DNA of 64,000 bases, from contig CAZXEJ010000001.1 in the NCBI GenBank assembly GCA_964639895.1, positions 60,237-124,236 of the forward strand, given 5' to 3'. A model generated the notes under the pieces. The model saw nothing but the letters and a program-made list of their open reading frames with translations. It did not search any database and was not told the DNA's origin. This document shows positions 1 through 13,068 of this stretch, piece by piece (position 1 is the stretch's first letter; every line of letters begins with the position of its first letter). Position numbers and translations under genes: made by a program. The stretch comes from an uncultured Spirochaetia bacterium. Its GTDB lineage: Bacteria > Desulfobacterota_D > UBA1144 > Nemesobacterales > JADFKM01.

Positions 1-246
1 CTCGACCGTAACCACCCTCACCCGGTCGTCCAACACCTCGACGACCCCACCCCACACGACGAACCCTTCCTCCGCCGATCCCTGGCGTAGCCGCATCACG
101 CCGGGCGCCACGGTGGAGACGAGCGGCCTGTGTTGGGGCAGAATCTCCATCTCGCCCTTCTCGCCGGGCACCACCACGCTGTCGACTTCCTTCGAGAGGA
201 CCATCTCCGAGGGCTTTATCAGTTCAACCAATACTTTGCCGTTCAC
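1..246 (-). CDS. atpC: ATP synthase F1 epsilon subunit, 3'-truncated by the window edge (not in the ORF track)
   Basis: Reverse-complement translation of nt 246..1 gives (GTG)NGKVLVELIKPSEMVLSKEVDSVVVPGEKGEMEILPQHRPLVSTVAPGVMRLRQ..EGFVVWGGVVEVLDDRVRVVTVE. This aligns with the N-terminal beta-sandwich of bacterial epsilon subunits. A GGTGGAGG Shine-Dalgarno sits 7 nt upstream of the GTG. The gene lies immediately downstream of atpD in a different frame. The start codon is uncertain by a few codons. Confidence 0.6.
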   Translation of the reverse strand, partial: MNGKVLVELIKPSEMVLSKEVDSVVVPGEKGEMEILPQHRPLVSTVAPGVMRLRQGSAEEGFVVWGGVVEVLDDRVRVVTVE

Positions 247-293
247 CCTGGCCTCCACCGTACGCACTGGATCACGCCGCCCCCCACCACGCT

Positions 294-2596
<2,303 letters not shown>

Positions 2597-2627
2597 GGAG
2601 GCTCACCTCCTTCCCCGTCGCGGCTCT

Positions 2628-4166
2628 CTACTTGAACTCTCCCAACTCGACCTTCAGGTTTTCGAGCCCCTCGTCGATACGTGCCTTTATCTCGTCGGTT
2701 ATCTCCTTCTTCGTACGTATGGCCTCGAGCACGTCATTGTAGTTGGCCTCGAAGAACCTGTAGAGCCTCTCCTCGTACGGGCGCACCTTCTCGACGGGAT
2801 AGTCGTCCACATAACCGTTTGTGACTGCGTAGATAAGCAGTATCTGCTTCTCCACTGGAAGGGGGGAATACTGATCCTGCTTGAGTGCCTCGACGAGGCG
2901 GCTCCCTCGGGCGAGCTGGGCCTGGGTCACCTTGTCGAGGTCAGAGGCGAACTGGGCAAACGCCTCGACCTCGCGGTACTGGGCCAATTCGAGCCTCAGC
3001 GTGCCGGCAACCTTCTTCATGGCCTTGATCTGCGCCGAGCCGCCCACGCGGGAGACGGAGAGGCCGACGTTGATGGCGGGCCTTACGCCGGCGTAGAAGA
3101 GGTCGCTCTCAAGGTATATCTGTCCGTCGGTGATGGATATGACGTTCGTGGGAATGTAGGCCGACACGTCACCCGCCTGGGTCTCGATTATGGGCAGCGC
3201 GGTGAGCGAGCCCCCGCCCTCCTCGTCACTGAGCTTGGCCGCACGCTCGAGCAGGCGCGAATGGAGGTAGAAAACGTCGCCCGGGTAGGCCTCGCGGCCG
3301 GGGGGCCGGCGCAGCAGCAACGACAGCTGCCTGTAGGCCCAGGCGTGCTTGGTAAGGTCGTCGTACACGATCAGCGCCGCCCGCCCGGTGTCGCGGAAAT
3401 GCTCACCCAGCGCGCAGCCCGCGTAGGGTGCGATAAATTGGAACGGCGCCGGGTCGCTAGCCGTGGCCGCCACCACGGTCGTATACTCCATAGCGCCGTG
3501 CTCCTTGAGCTTCTCCACCACCTGAGCCACCGTCGATTGCTTCTGTCCAATGGCCACGTATATGCAGTAGACGTCCTCGCCCTTCTGGTTGATGATGGTA
3601 TCGATTGCAATGGCCGTCTTTCCGGTCTGCCGGTCGCCCAGGATGAGCTCTCTCTGTCCCCTTCCGATGGGGATCATTGAATCGATCGACTTGATACCCG
3701 TCTGCAACGGTTCCTTGACGGGTTGCCGCTGCACGACGCCGGGTGCCTTGATGTCTATGAGGCGCGTACCCTCGGCCGCTATCTCGCCCTTGCCGTCCAG
3801 CGGTTGGCCCAAGGCGTTGACCACCCTGCCCTTCATCCCCTCGCCCACGGGTATCTCGGCCACCCTGCCGGTGCGCCGTACGGTGTCGCCCTCGCTGACC
3901 TCGGTGTCCTCGCCGAATATGGCTACCCCGACGTTGTCCTCTTCAAGGTTCATCGCAAGCCCCATGAGCCCGTTCTCGAACTGAACCAGCTCGCCAGCCA
4001 TCACCTCGTCCAGTCCGTAGACGCGCGCTATGCCGTCGCCCACGGAGAGGACCGTGCCCACCTCGGCCAGCTCCACACCCCCCTCGTATCCCTTGATACG
4101 GCTCTTCAGTATCTCCCCTATCTCTTCGATCTTAAGCTCTTCCATCTCAGAGTGAGCTCCTTGCAA
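2628..4166 (-). CDS. atpA: ATP synthase F1 alpha subunit
   Basis: 512 aa. GDRQTGKT Walker A and alpha-specific motifs. The true start may be the internal Met (MEELKIEE..), 7 codons downstream. Confidence 0.97.
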   Translation of the reverse strand: MQGAHSEMEELKIEEIGEILKSRIKGYEGGVELAEVGTVLSVGDGIARVYGLDEVMAGELVQFENGLMGLAMNLEEDNVGVAIFGEDTEVSEGDTVRRTGRVAEIPVGEGMKGRVVNALGQPLDGKGEIAAEGTRLIDIKAPGVVQRQPVKEPLQTGIKSIDSMIPIGRGQRELILGDRQTGKTAIAIDTIINQKGEDVYCIYVAIGQKQSTVAQVVEKLKEHGAMEYTTVVAATASDPAPFQFIAPYAGCALGEHFRDTGRAALIVYDDLTKHAWAYRQLSLLLRRPPGREAYPGDVFYLHSRLLERAAKLSDEEGGGSLTALPIIETQAGDVSAYIPTNVISITDGQIYLESDLFYAGVRPAINVGLSVSRVGGSAQIKAMKKVAGTLRLELAQYREVEAFAQFASDLDKVTQAQLARGSRLVEALKQDQYSPLPVEKQILLIYAVTNGYVDDYPVEKVRPYEERLYRFFEANYNDVLEAIRTKKEITDEIKARIDEGLENLKVELGEFK

Positions 4167-4172
4167 AAGATT

Positions 4173-4715
4173 CTATGCTTCGGCCAACATCTGCCTTATC
4201 GTCTCGAGACGCTTCCGTACGCTCGCATCGTAGAGCCTGTTCTCGATCTTGGCCACCACCCCTCCCACAAGTGCGGGATCCACATCGACGGCCGCCTCCA
4301 CCTCCACCTCACCCCCGCGACCCACGGCCTCCCTTATCCTTTCGACCACCTCTTCGGCGGGCGGGAAGGCGAACGTCAGCTCCACTCTCACGATGCCGGC
4401 GGCCTCGCGGAGCCTCCTAAGCACATGCCTCATCGCCCCGAACAGTTCCTTGAGCTTCCCCTTCTCGGTTGCGAGCAACAGAAAGTTGCGCGTGAGAGAG
4501 CCGAACCCAGCCTTCTCGCAGAGGGCGGCCAGCGCTCTCTTGCGGTCTTCGACCTCGTAGGCCGACGTGGTAAGGGCGTATCTCAGCTCCCTTTCTCTTT
4601 CTACCAGGGCCCCGAAGGCCTCGAGCTCACGGGTGACGGCACTTAGTTTACCATCCTCCTTGGCCGCCTCAATCAGGGCCTCTGTCATGTCTCTCAGCGT
4701 AGCTACCGTAGCCAT
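4173..4715 (-). CDS. atpH: ATP synthase F1 delta subunit (OSCP)
   Basis: 180 aa. Size, position between atpF and atpA, and delta/OSCP-like helical sequence. Confidence 0.85.
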   Translation of the reverse strand: MATVATLRDMTEALIEAAKEDGKLSAVTRELEAFGALVERERELRYALTTSAYEVEDRKRALAALCEKAGFGSLTRNFLLLATEKGKLKELFGAMRHVLRRLREAAGIVRVELTFAFPPAEEVVERIREAVGRGGEVEVEAAVDVDPALVGGVVAKIENRLYDASVRKRLETIRQMLAEA

Positions 4716-5257
4716 GACGCCTCCTGGCGAGCCTTCTCGAGGAACTCGTCCACGAACCTCGCGTTGTCGGCCTCGGTGATGTTGCGCCGTATCACCTCGA
4801 CGGAGCGCTCGACGACCTGGGAGGCGAACTCCCCTCGGACGGCGCGAATGGTCTTCTCGCGCTCGGCCTCGATGGTGAGCTTGGTGTCAGCCTCTATCCT
4901 GCGCGCACCCTCGCGGGCGGCGTTCAATATCTCATCGCTCTCCACACGAGCCTCGCGCCTCATCTTCTCCTCGAGCGACGCGATGGCATCGTCGATCGCC
5001 TCGAGCTTGCCCTTGTACTCTTCGTAACGCTTGCGGCTTGCGGCGAGCCTCTCCTGCGCCTCCTCCATGGAAGCGGCTATCAGACCGCGGCGCTCGAGGA
5101 AGAAGTTGCGAAGGGGTGTCCTCAAGAAGTAACCCAGAACCAGGACGAGTATTATGACGTTAACCGTATGCTCGCCGAGGAAAAACCAGTCCATGCCGCC
5201 CCCATGCCTGGAAGCGCCCGTGACGGCGAGCCACACCAGCTGATCCAGACCGCTCAC
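4703..5257 (-). CDS. atpF: ATP synthase Fo subunit b
   Basis: 184 aa. N-terminal TM helix followed by a long charged coiled coil (AEAERE... repeats). Overlaps atpH by 13 nt. The start may be the internal Met (MDWFFLGEHT..). Confidence 0.8.
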   Translation of the reverse strand: MSGLDQLVWLAVTGASRHGGGMDWFFLGEHTVNVIILVLVLGYFLRTPLRNFFLERRGLIAASMEEAQERLAASRKRYEEYKGKLEAIDDAIASLEEKMRREARVESDEILNAAREGARRIEADTKLTIEAEREKTIRAVRGEFASQVVERSVEVIRRNITEADNARFVDEFLEKARQEASWLR

Positions 5258-5778
5258 CGCTCCACCTCCCTTCCCAGTACGCGCGCGGCTATCTCACGGG
5301 CCAGCGTATCCACCTGGGGACGCAGGCTCTCGCGCAACCTCTCGGCCTCAAGGGCCATCTCACGGCGGGCCTCACCCAGCGCCGCGCGGGCCTGCTCTCT
5401 CGCTTCGGCCACTATGCGGCGCGCCTCTTCTTGGGCCCTCCGCTTGACCTCTTCCTTATCCTGCGTGAACCTCTCGACGGCCTCGCGAAGACGGGCTTCG
5501 TATTCGGCGGCGAGCTTTTCGGCCTCGGCGTCTATCGAGCCGGCCTCCTGGGCGGCGCCCTCGGTCAGCTTACGGCGCCTCTCGGCCAGGTCGAGAAGCG
5601 GCTTGAACACCAGCGAGTCGAGCAGGAATACGGTCGCCACAAACAGCGCCATCTGCACCAGCACCGTGCGGTCGAGCGCAAGGATGTCCTCGGCCGCGTA
5701 GGCCGGCACCGCCGAAGCCACGACCGCCGCACAAGCGGCCGCCGAAACCAGCAATATCCACGAGCGCCGGGGACTCAC
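5254..5778 (-). CDS. ATP synthase Fo subunit b-prime (second b-type subunit)
   Basis: 174 aa. TM helix plus the ..LVFKPL.. motif, then a charged coiled coil. Paralogous to the adjacent b subunit. 4-nt overlap with atpF. The N-terminal extension and start are uncertain. Confidence 0.7.
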   Translation of the reverse strand: MSPRRSWILLVSAAACAAVVASAVPAYAAEDILALDRTVLVQMALFVATVFLLDSLVFKPLLDLAERRRKLTEGAAQEAGSIDAEAEKLAAEYEARLREAVERFTQDKEEVKRRAQEEARRIVAEAREQARAALGEARREMALEAERLRESLRPQVDTLAREIAARVLGREVER

Positions 5779-7151
5779 CCGTTTCCTCCTCCACTTGTCT
5801 TGAGTCTCAGATCCTCCTCTATCCTCGCCCTCTCTATCCTGTCGGCGCCGAAAGCCACCTTGAGCAGGGGGGGCGCAACGAATGTGGTAAGCATGACCAT
5901 CACCGTGATTGCCGAGAACATCCTCGTATCGAAGACGCCTGAGATGAGGCCGAACTGCGCAAATATCAGACCGACCTCCCCGCGGGGTATCATGCCGACA
6001 CCTATGGCTATCTTGTTGAGTCCTTTCTGAACGACGGCGTATCCCGCGATCACCTTCCCAACTATGGCGACCACCGTAAGAACGGCAGCAATTAATAATA
6101 CCGGCAAATTCGCTTCATGAAAGGGATTGAACACACGAACGTCGACGGCGGCTCCGACCATTATGAAGAAGATGGGCGTAAACACGTCGGCTACAGGCTT
6201 GAGCCTGGTCTCGATGGACTCTACCTGGTTGGTGTTGGCCAACACGAGGCCGGCTGCAAACGATCCCACGATGGGGGCCAGGCCCACCAGCTTCGCGAAG
6301 TAGGCGAAGATGAATGCGAAGGCCAGTGCGCTGAGCAGCAGCACCCCCCTCACACGCATCTTGTTCACAACGTCGAACAGCCTGCGGGAAAAGAGGTTGC
6401 CCAACACGACGGAGCCGATCAGGAACCCGAACGCCTTGAGCGATATGACGCCCACCGTAAGAAATGAGATGTGAGGGGCCGACCCGCCTTCGACGGCCTC
6501 CACCAGTCCGGTCACCACTGCCAGTATCATCAGGCCGAGCACGTCGTCGATGACGGCCGCACCAAGCACTATGCGGGACTCCGCTGCCCGCAGGAGGTTC
6601 ATCTCCGAGAGCACGCGCGCCGTTATGCCTACGCTGGTGGCCGTCAGTGTAGCGCCCGCCGTTATCGCCACCACACCCACGAGACGCGGGTCCGACCCTC
6701 CGAGGATCCCCATCTTCTCGAACACCAGCACCACCACCGCCCCGAGCACGAACGGGGTCACAACGCCCACTACGGCCACGGCGAAAGAGCTGAGACCGAC
6801 CCTTATCATGTCCCTGAGATCGGTCTCGAGTCCTATCTCGAACAGCAATATAGCGACGCCCACCTCGGCCAGCAGATGGAACGTCTCGAAGCCGGGCGCC
6901 CCGGGACCAGACGGCAGCAACGCAAGGACGCTCCCGCCCAGAAGCACGCCCGCGAAAAGCTCACCCAGGACGGCGGGCTGCCGGATGCGCTCCACTATCT
7001 CTCCGAGCACCTTGGAAGATACAAGGATCAGCGCCAGTGCGAGGAGAAACTTCTCAACAGGAAAGACCGAAGTGTGTTCTGCAGCCATTTGCCTCTCGGG
7101 AAACGCCGGATACGGACCGCCATACCGTCCGCCGGCGAAAATGTTTAACAT
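5775..7151 (-). CDS. cation:proton antiporter (Na+/H+ exchanger, CPA-type membrane domain, no KTN domain)
   Basis: 458 aa polytopic membrane protein with Gly/Ala-rich helices (LGELFAGVLLGGS, GSFAAGLVLANT) typical of the Na_H_exchanger fold. The true start is probably the internal Met (MAAEHTSVFPVEKF..). The 3' end overlaps the predicted atpF-prime start by 4 nt. Confidence 0.85.
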   Translation of the reverse strand: MLNIFAGGRYGGPYPAFPERQMAAEHTSVFPVEKFLLALALILVSSKVLGEIVERIRQPAVLGELFAGVLLGGSVLALLPSGPGAPGFETFHLLAEVGVAILLFEIGLETDLRDMIRVGLSSFAVAVVGVVTPFVLGAVVVLVFEKMGILGGSDPRLVGVVAITAGATLTATSVGITARVLSEMNLLRAAESRIVLGAAVIDDVLGLMILAVVTGLVEAVEGGSAPHISFLTVGVISLKAFGFLIGSVVLGNLFSRRLFDVVNKMRVRGVLLLSALAFAFIFAYFAKLVGLAPIVGSFAAGLVLANTNQVESIETRLKPVADVFTPIFFIMVGAAVDVRVFNPFHEANLPVLLIAAVLTVVAIVGKVIAGYAVVQKGLNKIAIGVGMIPRGEVGLIFAQFGLISGVFDTRMFSAITVMVMLTTFVAPPLLKVAFGADRIERARIEEDLRLKTSGGGNG

Positions 7152-7314
7152 GAAACGGGTGGGGTGTCAAACGCTCCGTTTTGCAGTGTGGAAAGAGAAC
7201 GAGCCAAAGAAAATCAGTAATTAGAGGGGGTTGGAAGAGACGCCCGTCGAAGGTCCCACGCCCCGCGGGTGGCTGACCGGGGGCTCGACGCCAGCCGACC
7301 ACAGCGGCCCGGAG

Positions 7315-9012
7315 CTAGGGCACGGCGTGCCGTAAGTCGACCACCCGGGCGCGCACCTCGTGCCTGCCGTTCCATGTATCCAGTTCCGGAGTGAAGGCCA
7401 CGTCGACCACCTCTCCCTCGGCGGGGACGAACCCGCAGTCGAACCACAGGGCCTTCACTCTCCACTCGGGCGACGACAACCCCAGCAGCAGGTGCTTCTC
7501 CTTGAGCACCTTCCTCTCCTCGACGCGCACCGCCCGCACGGCGAAAACGGGTTCGGGATTGCCCTCGCCGAAGGGCTCGAGGGCGGCCAGCTCTTCGACG
7601 AGATGCTCGTTCACATCGCCGAGGGCGCATACGGCGTCGATCTCCAGCTTGGGAACGCTCGGTTCCACGACGCCGCGCATGGACTCGACCAGGCGCTCGC
7701 GCAGCAGCTCCACGTCCTCCGCCCGTATTGAGAAGCCGGCCGCCAGCTCGTGGCCGCCGAACTTGACGAAGAGCCCTTCGCCGCAGCTGCGCAGGGCGTC
7801 GTATATGTTGACCCCGTCGATGCTCCTCGCCGAGCCCCTGCCCACTCCGTCCTCGCCCACTGCCACCAGGACGACGGGCTTTCCGTAAAGGGATACGAGC
7901 CGCGAGGCGGCTATGCCCACCACCCCCGGGTGCCACGACGTCGAGGCCGCCACAAGGACCGGCGCTTCTCCTCCGCCGACGGCCGCCTTCGCCTCGCTGA
8001 CGACGGTGTTCTGCGCGGCCTGGCGCCGCGCGTTGTCTGCATCGAGCGACTCGGCAAGACGGCGTGCCCTCCGGGGGTCGCTAGTAACCAGCAGCTCGAC
8101 CGCGGCACGGGCGCTCGCAAGCCTTCCCGCGGCGTTGAGCCTCGGGCCCATACGGAAAGCCACGTCCGAGGCGCTCACCCGCTCGCCGAGGCCGCTTACG
8201 CGTTTTAGGGCCTCGACACCCGGCCTGTACCCCATGGCGATACGCTTGAGCCCCTCTCTGACCAGTATCCTGTTGACACCCACCAGCGGGGCGCAGTCGG
8301 CCACCGTCCCGAGGGCCACCAGGTCCAGGTAGTCACCCAGATTGGGCTCGGCCCCCCCGCGGAAGAACCCCTTCTCGCGCAACGTCCTGCGAAGGGCCAT
8401 AAGCAGGTTGAACACCACCCCCACGCCGGCTATCTCCTTGTCCGGGTAGGTACAGCCTTCCTGATGGGGATCGACGACGGCACACGCCGCGGGCAGCCGC
8501 TCGGGCACCTCGTGATGGTCGGTCACGATGAAATCGACCCCAAAACGCTTGGCCCGTTCCACCTCCTCGGCCGCAGTGATGCCGCAGTCGCACGACACCA
8601 CCAGCCTCACCCCCAGCCGTCTCAGCTTCTCGACGGCCGCAGCATTTACGCCGTAGCCCTCTTCCACGCGGTCGGGCAGGTAGTAGACGACGTCGCAGCC
8701 CAGGCGACCCAGGAACGAATACAGCAGAGCCGTCGACGTCACGCCGTCCACGTCGTAGTCGCCGAAGACGGCCACCTTCTCCCCCTTGAGGAGTGCACCT
8801 ACCAACCTGTCGACGGCCTCGGTCATCCCCTTGAGCAGAAAGGGCGACGGCAGGTCGAAGAGCGTGCCCTCTAGAAAACCCTTGGCTTCGGCCTCCGTAA
8901 CGTATCCTCGGTTGACAAGCACCTGAGCCGTAAGGGGTGACAACCCGAGGGCGGCCGAGAGGCGGCTTACGGCACCGCGATCGGGTTTCTTGAGCGACCA
9001 CTCCTTCTCCAT
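7315..9012 (-). CDS. recJ: single-stranded-DNA-specific exonuclease RecJ
   Basis: 565 aa. DHH motifs (VVSCDCGI, IVTDHH), the DHHA1 region and a C-terminal OB-like domain. Confidence 0.95.
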   Translation of the reverse strand: MEKEWSLKKPDRGAVSRLSAALGLSPLTAQVLVNRGYVTEAEAKGFLEGTLFDLPSPFLLKGMTEAVDRLVGALLKGEKVAVFGDYDVDGVTSTALLYSFLGRLGCDVVYYLPDRVEEGYGVNAAAVEKLRRLGVRLVVSCDCGITAAEEVERAKRFGVDFIVTDHHEVPERLPAACAVVDPHQEGCTYPDKEIAGVGVVFNLLMALRRTLREKGFFRGGAEPNLGDYLDLVALGTVADCAPLVGVNRILVREGLKRIAMGYRPGVEALKRVSGLGERVSASDVAFRMGPRLNAAGRLASARAAVELLVTSDPRRARRLAESLDADNARRQAAQNTVVSEAKAAVGGGEAPVLVAASTSWHPGVVGIAASRLVSLYGKPVVLVAVGEDGVGRGSARSIDGVNIYDALRSCGEGLFVKFGGHELAAGFSIRAEDVELLRERLVESMRGVVEPSVPKLEIDAVCALGDVNEHLVEELAALEPFGEGNPEPVFAVRAVRVEERKVLKEKHLLLGLSSPEWRVKALWFDCGFVPAEGEVVDVAFTPELDTWNGRHEVRARVVDLRHAVP

Positions 9013-9140
9013 CTCTCTTTAACCACCGGGAACTCGGGGGAATACGGGACGAACGGACGTCCACGCGCAGGCGGCCCTTCGGCCCGTACGAGGTGCCGAC
9101 CGCCGTCGCTCCAACCCTGAGGAACGGCCGGGCGGCCGCG

Positions 9141-9587
9141 CTACTCCGAGGCGAGGGATCTCAGATGTGCCACCAACCCCCTCAGGGCCAGCAGGTAGCT
9201 GTCGGCGCCGAACCCCGACACCACACCCACGCACACGGGGGCGATGTAGGAGCGGCGCCTGAACCCTTCTCTACCCGCCGTGTTTGATATGTGGACCTCG
9301 ACGCACGGCACCCCGACGGCGGCTACGGCGTCACGGATGGCTATGCTCGTATGGGTGTAGGCGGCCGGGTTCATGACTATACCGTCGAATCGTCCAGGCG
9401 CCCGTTGTACACGCTCTACAATCTCCCCTTCGGAGTTGGATTGAAAACACTCCACCTCAACACCCAGCAGTCCGGCTTCATGCTGGATACGGGAGTCTAT
9501 CTCGGCCAACGTGGTAGTGCCGTAGACATCGGGCTCACGCGTGCCCAAAAGGTTGAGATTAGGCCCGTGCACGACGAGAATCCTCAT
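9141..9587 (-). CDS. aroQ: 3-dehydroquinate dehydratase, type II
   Basis: 148 aa. [23 protein letters not shown] is the canonical type II DHQase N-terminus. Confidence 0.92.
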   Translation of the reverse strand: MRILVVHGPNLNLLGTREPDVYGTTTLAEIDSRIQHEAGLLGVEVECFQSNSEGEIVERVQRAPGRFDGIVMNPAAYTHTSIAIRDAVAAVGVPCVEVHISNTAGREGFRRRSYIAPVCVGVVSGFGADSYLLALRGLVAHLRSLASE

Positions 9588-9714
9588 CCCTGCCTCCGTT
9601 TGTGAGTGATATTACTCCATCCCCGCCGCTCTCGTCAAGGCGGCCGGTACGGATCCCTCCTCTCCCCGGGCAGAAGGGGGCATGGCGTCAACGAGAAGGG
9701 TGGCGGCGCCGCCG

Positions 9715-11286
9715 CTAGCGGTCACGGCGCAGCAGGGCCGAGAACACGTATCGCACCTCGTCGACGCCGAAGACGCGGCAGCAGGCCACGTAGACCAAGC
9801 CGCCTGCTGCGAGCAATCCGAGCAGCGCCGCCGCGGCAGCACCCCCGCCAGCAGCCCAGACGCCTCCGCCCGCCGCCGAGAGGTGGTGGAGGACGACGCC
9901 CATGACCGCCGCGGCGGCGGCTATCCTTCCCGCACCGTCCAGCACGGGGCGTGCCCCGATACGGCCCATACGGCGGTCGAGCACCACGAGCAGGGCGGCG
10001 AACTGGACGGCGGCCGAGGCGCTCGAAGCGAGCGCGAGACCCAGGTGCTTGAGATCGAAGTGGAATGCGAGTGCGTATCCGAGTGCCGCATTTACGACCA
10101 GCGAGACGGCGGCTGCAAGCACGGGTGTCACCGTGTCCTTCAGCGCGTAGAACGTCGGCGCCGTGATCCGCACGCCCCCCACGGCCCAGAGCCCTACGGC
10201 GTAGCCGAGCAGCGACTGGGCCGCATAGAGCGTCTCGGTCGCTCCGAACTCCCCCCTCTCGTAGAGGACCCTACATATGGGGACGCGCAGTACGGCGAGC
10301 CCCACCAGGGCCGGCACCATGACGAACAACATCAGCCTCAGTGCCGAGACGTAGCCGCCGACGAACGCCTCCCGCCTGCCGGCCGCCGCCTCACGGGCTA
10401 GCGAGGGCAACAGGGCCGTCGCGATGGAGACGGCGAACACGCCGAGCGGAAACTCGATCAGCCTCTCGGCGTAGTAGAGATAGGAAACCGTCCCCGCCGG
10501 CAGGTGAGAGGCGTACTGGGTACTGACGACTATGTTTATGTTGTAGACCCCGAGGCCGAACAGCTGGGGCGCCATGAGCAGGTATATCTTCCGCACGGCC
10601 GGGTGGGACGCAGCCCTCCTGAGGCTGAACAGGAAACCGTATCTCCGGAGGAAGGGCAACTGCATCGCCACCTGCAGAACCCCTCCGGCCACCACTCCAA
10701 CGGCCGCAGCGTAGATGGGGACGCCCAGGACACGGTTGAGCCCGACGACGGAGGCTATGACGGCGAGGTTCAGCAGGAGCGGCGAGAGAGCGGGGGCGAA
10801 GAAATGCCTGAGCGTGTTGAGCACCCCCATCGATAGCGCCACAACGGAGACAAGCAATATGTAGGGGAACATGATACGGTTCATCTCCACCGCAAGCCGG
10901 AAGTAGCGGGGATCGAACCCAGATGCAAACAGCTTGACCACGTAGGGGGAGAACACGATGCCGACGGCCGTAAGGGCCGAGAGCACGAGCACGAGGGCGG
11001 TGAACACGGCGTCGGCCACCACCTTGGCCTCCCTCCTGCCGCCCGTGCGCAACACCTCGGTGAAGACGGGGATGAACGCCACCGTAAGTGACCCCTCGGC
11101 GAAGAGGCGTCTCAGCAGGTTGGGTATCCGGAAGGCCACGTAGAAGGCGTCCGTCTGACCGCTAGCGCCGAAGTAGTAGGCGAGAACGACGTCGCGCACG
11201 TAGCCGCCCACCCGGCTGAGAAGGGTGAGTCCTCCTATAAGACCGGCCGCGCGAACCATGCTGCGTCGTTCGTCCATCTCATCCAC
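9715..11286 (-). CDS. murJ: lipid II flippase MurJ (MviN)
   Basis: 523 aa, about 14 TM helices. N-terminus LLSRVGGYVRDVVLAYYFGASGQTDAFYVAFRIPNLLRRLFAEG is the MurJ signature region. Confidence 0.92.
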   Translation of the reverse strand: MDEMDERRSMVRAAGLIGGLTLLSRVGGYVRDVVLAYYFGASGQTDAFYVAFRIPNLLRRLFAEGSLTVAFIPVFTEVLRTGGRREAKVVADAVFTALVLVLSALTAVGIVFSPYVVKLFASGFDPRYFRLAVEMNRIMFPYILLVSVVALSMGVLNTLRHFFAPALSPLLLNLAVIASVVGLNRVLGVPIYAAAVGVVAGGVLQVAMQLPFLRRYGFLFSLRRAASHPAVRKIYLLMAPQLFGLGVYNINIVVSTQYASHLPAGTVSYLYYAERLIEFPLGVFAVSIATALLPSLAREAAAGRREAFVGGYVSALRLMLFVMVPALVGLAVLRVPICRVLYERGEFGATETLYAAQSLLGYAVGLWAVGGVRITAPTFYALKDTVTPVLAAAVSLVVNAALGYALAFHFDLKHLGLALASSASAAVQFAALLVVLDRRMGRIGARPVLDGAGRIAAAAAVMGVVLHHLSAAGGGVWAAGGGAAAAALLGLLAAGGLVYVACCRVFGVDEVRYVFSALLRRDR

Positions 11287-11832
11287 CTCGGAGCCCTAGA
11301 TCCCGCCACTCGTTCCCGCAACAACCTATGCCCCCCTATCCCCCACACAAAGAAAGCAACTCCAATTGTAGTCCAGAGGGACGCGATACCAAAATCCGCA
11401 GGCGACCACGTGATGGGAGTGTCGGAAGAGGGTACCGCAAGCACAGGCGCGCAGGACGTTGCACCCACCCCCCAAGGCGGCGGGAGGAAAGCCCCTTTGC
11501 CGACACGCCCGCCCGGGTCCGAGCCGCACCGAGGGCACCGCTGAAACCAATCCCGCGCACGGAAGGTTATAGATTGTGTAGGCGGGAACGAAAACGGATG
11601 ACGACCGATACGCGGGTTATCATGGGGGGTCCCGCCGAGTGAGGGCGGGTACTTTGCGTACCAACTACAGGTGGCCCTGCGGATGCAATAGTCCCAACCC
11701 CCTATACGACCCACGCGTGGGGAGATGAGTCCCCTGACGATTTCCCTTCCTTTGCCCCAACCCCCCGGACTCACTCCCCACATTCTCTAAACGGCGCGGC
11801 AGCGCGGGGGCGGCTCGACCATCTCCACCCCC

Positions 11833-12063
11833 TCAGCGAGGATCAAAAGCGGCTGCGTCCACTATATCGAAGTCCACCTCGTCGGCCAGCGCCTCGAGTA
11901 CGCGCATGGCGTCGCCCACCGTATCGGGCGTGGCTATCACACGCATCAGCCCCTCGCTCGGGCGCACGGCCCTTACCCAGGCCACGTGCCCATATGCCCC
12001 GAACACCATCTGGAAGTAGGCCGTATCGCTGGGGTCGGCCAGTCTAACGTATAGCGTCGCCAT
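11833..12063 (-). CDS. DUF4911-like small protein
   Basis: 76 aa from the internal Met (MATLYVRLADPSDTAYFQMVFGAYGHVAWVRAV..). The pattern resembles DUF4911 proteins, recalled from memory. The ORF track lists a longer 93-aa version starting at 12114. Confidence 0.5.
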   Translation of the reverse strand: MATLYVRLADPSDTAYFQMVFGAYGHVAWVRAVRPSEGLMRVIATPDTVGDAMRVLEALADEVDFDIVDAAAFDPR

Positions 12064-12183
12064 GCCATCCTCCTCGCGCCACGGCCGCCCCCACCCCGTT
12101 CGCAGGACGTCCACGTACTGTTGACCGCCGGAGGGAGAAGTGTTTAAATAGGGATACTACCACAACACACCTAAGGAGAGTGA

Positions 12184-13068
12184 GTGATGGAACTGCTTGA
12201 AGCCATCGGAAGCCGCAGGAGCATAAGGTTTTTCAAGCCCTGGAAGGAGGTCGAGGACTGGAAGATCCAGGTCATGCTGCAGGCCGCCCGCCTCGCATCG
12301 TGCCAAGGGAACTGCAACTCCACCGAGGCCATAGTGATCGACAAGCGCACCTACCCCGAGGACCGTTTCGAGCAGTTGATCGGGTGCGTATCGGCCTTCA
12401 ACGAAATACAGATGCGCACGGCACCTATCGTGATCGCCTGGCTCATAAACATGGACGCATGGTACAAGGAACTGCTCAAATCGTTCGCCGTCCTCTTCCC
12501 GGCGCGGGCCGTGAGCGCGGCGCACGGCTGGACCTACAAGCTGCTCACCGAGGTCACCTATCCGCGTCTGATGAGCTTCCCCCGCGACAGGGCCGAGGAC
12601 ATGCTGCGTATAGAGGCCGGCCAGGCCATAGCAAACGCCCTGCTCGCGGCGACCGACCTGGGGCTGGGATGCTGCCTGTTGGCCGCAGGAAGGAAACCGC
12701 AGGAGCTGCCCAAGGTGCTGGGAGTGCCCGACAACATTGTGCCCGTATGGCTCATGGCCGTGGGGTACGCAGCCGAAGAACCGGGCCAGAGGCCCAGAAA
12801 GCGCTTCGACAGGCTTTACCACCTGAACGAGTACGGCACGCCGCTGCCCGAGGACCCGGAGGTCAAAGAGGAGCTCAAGGCTCTGGGCCTGTTCCAGCCC
12901 CCCGCCCCGCGTCCTGGCAGGGACGAAGAGATAAAACACGTCTGCAGGATGCTGGGCTACGAAGAAGGACTGCCCGACATGCCGCGGGAGCACGTGGAAG
13001 CGCTGTTCAATGAGGATTCGCCCTACTACGGTGAACTTCCCGAGGTGCTGAAGGAAAAGGGGGTCTGA
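12184..13068 (+). CDS. nitroreductase family protein
   Basis: 294 aa. The RRSIRFF motif at the N-terminus and overall nitroreductase-fold spacing. Confidence 0.85.
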   Translation: MMELLEAIGSRRSIRFFKPWKEVEDWKIQVMLQAARLASCQGNCNSTEAIVIDKRTYPEDRFEQLIGCVSAFNEIQMRTAPIVIAWLINMDAWYKELLKSFAVLFPARAVSAAHGWTYKLLTEVTYPRLMSFPRDRAEDMLRIEAGQAIANALLAATDLGLGCCLLAAGRKPQELPKVLGVPDNIVPVWLMAVGYAAEEPGQRPRKRFDRLYHLNEYGTPLPEDPEVKEELKALGLFQPPAPRPGRDEEIKHVCRMLGYEEGLPDMPREHVEALFNEDSPYYGELPEVLKEKGV

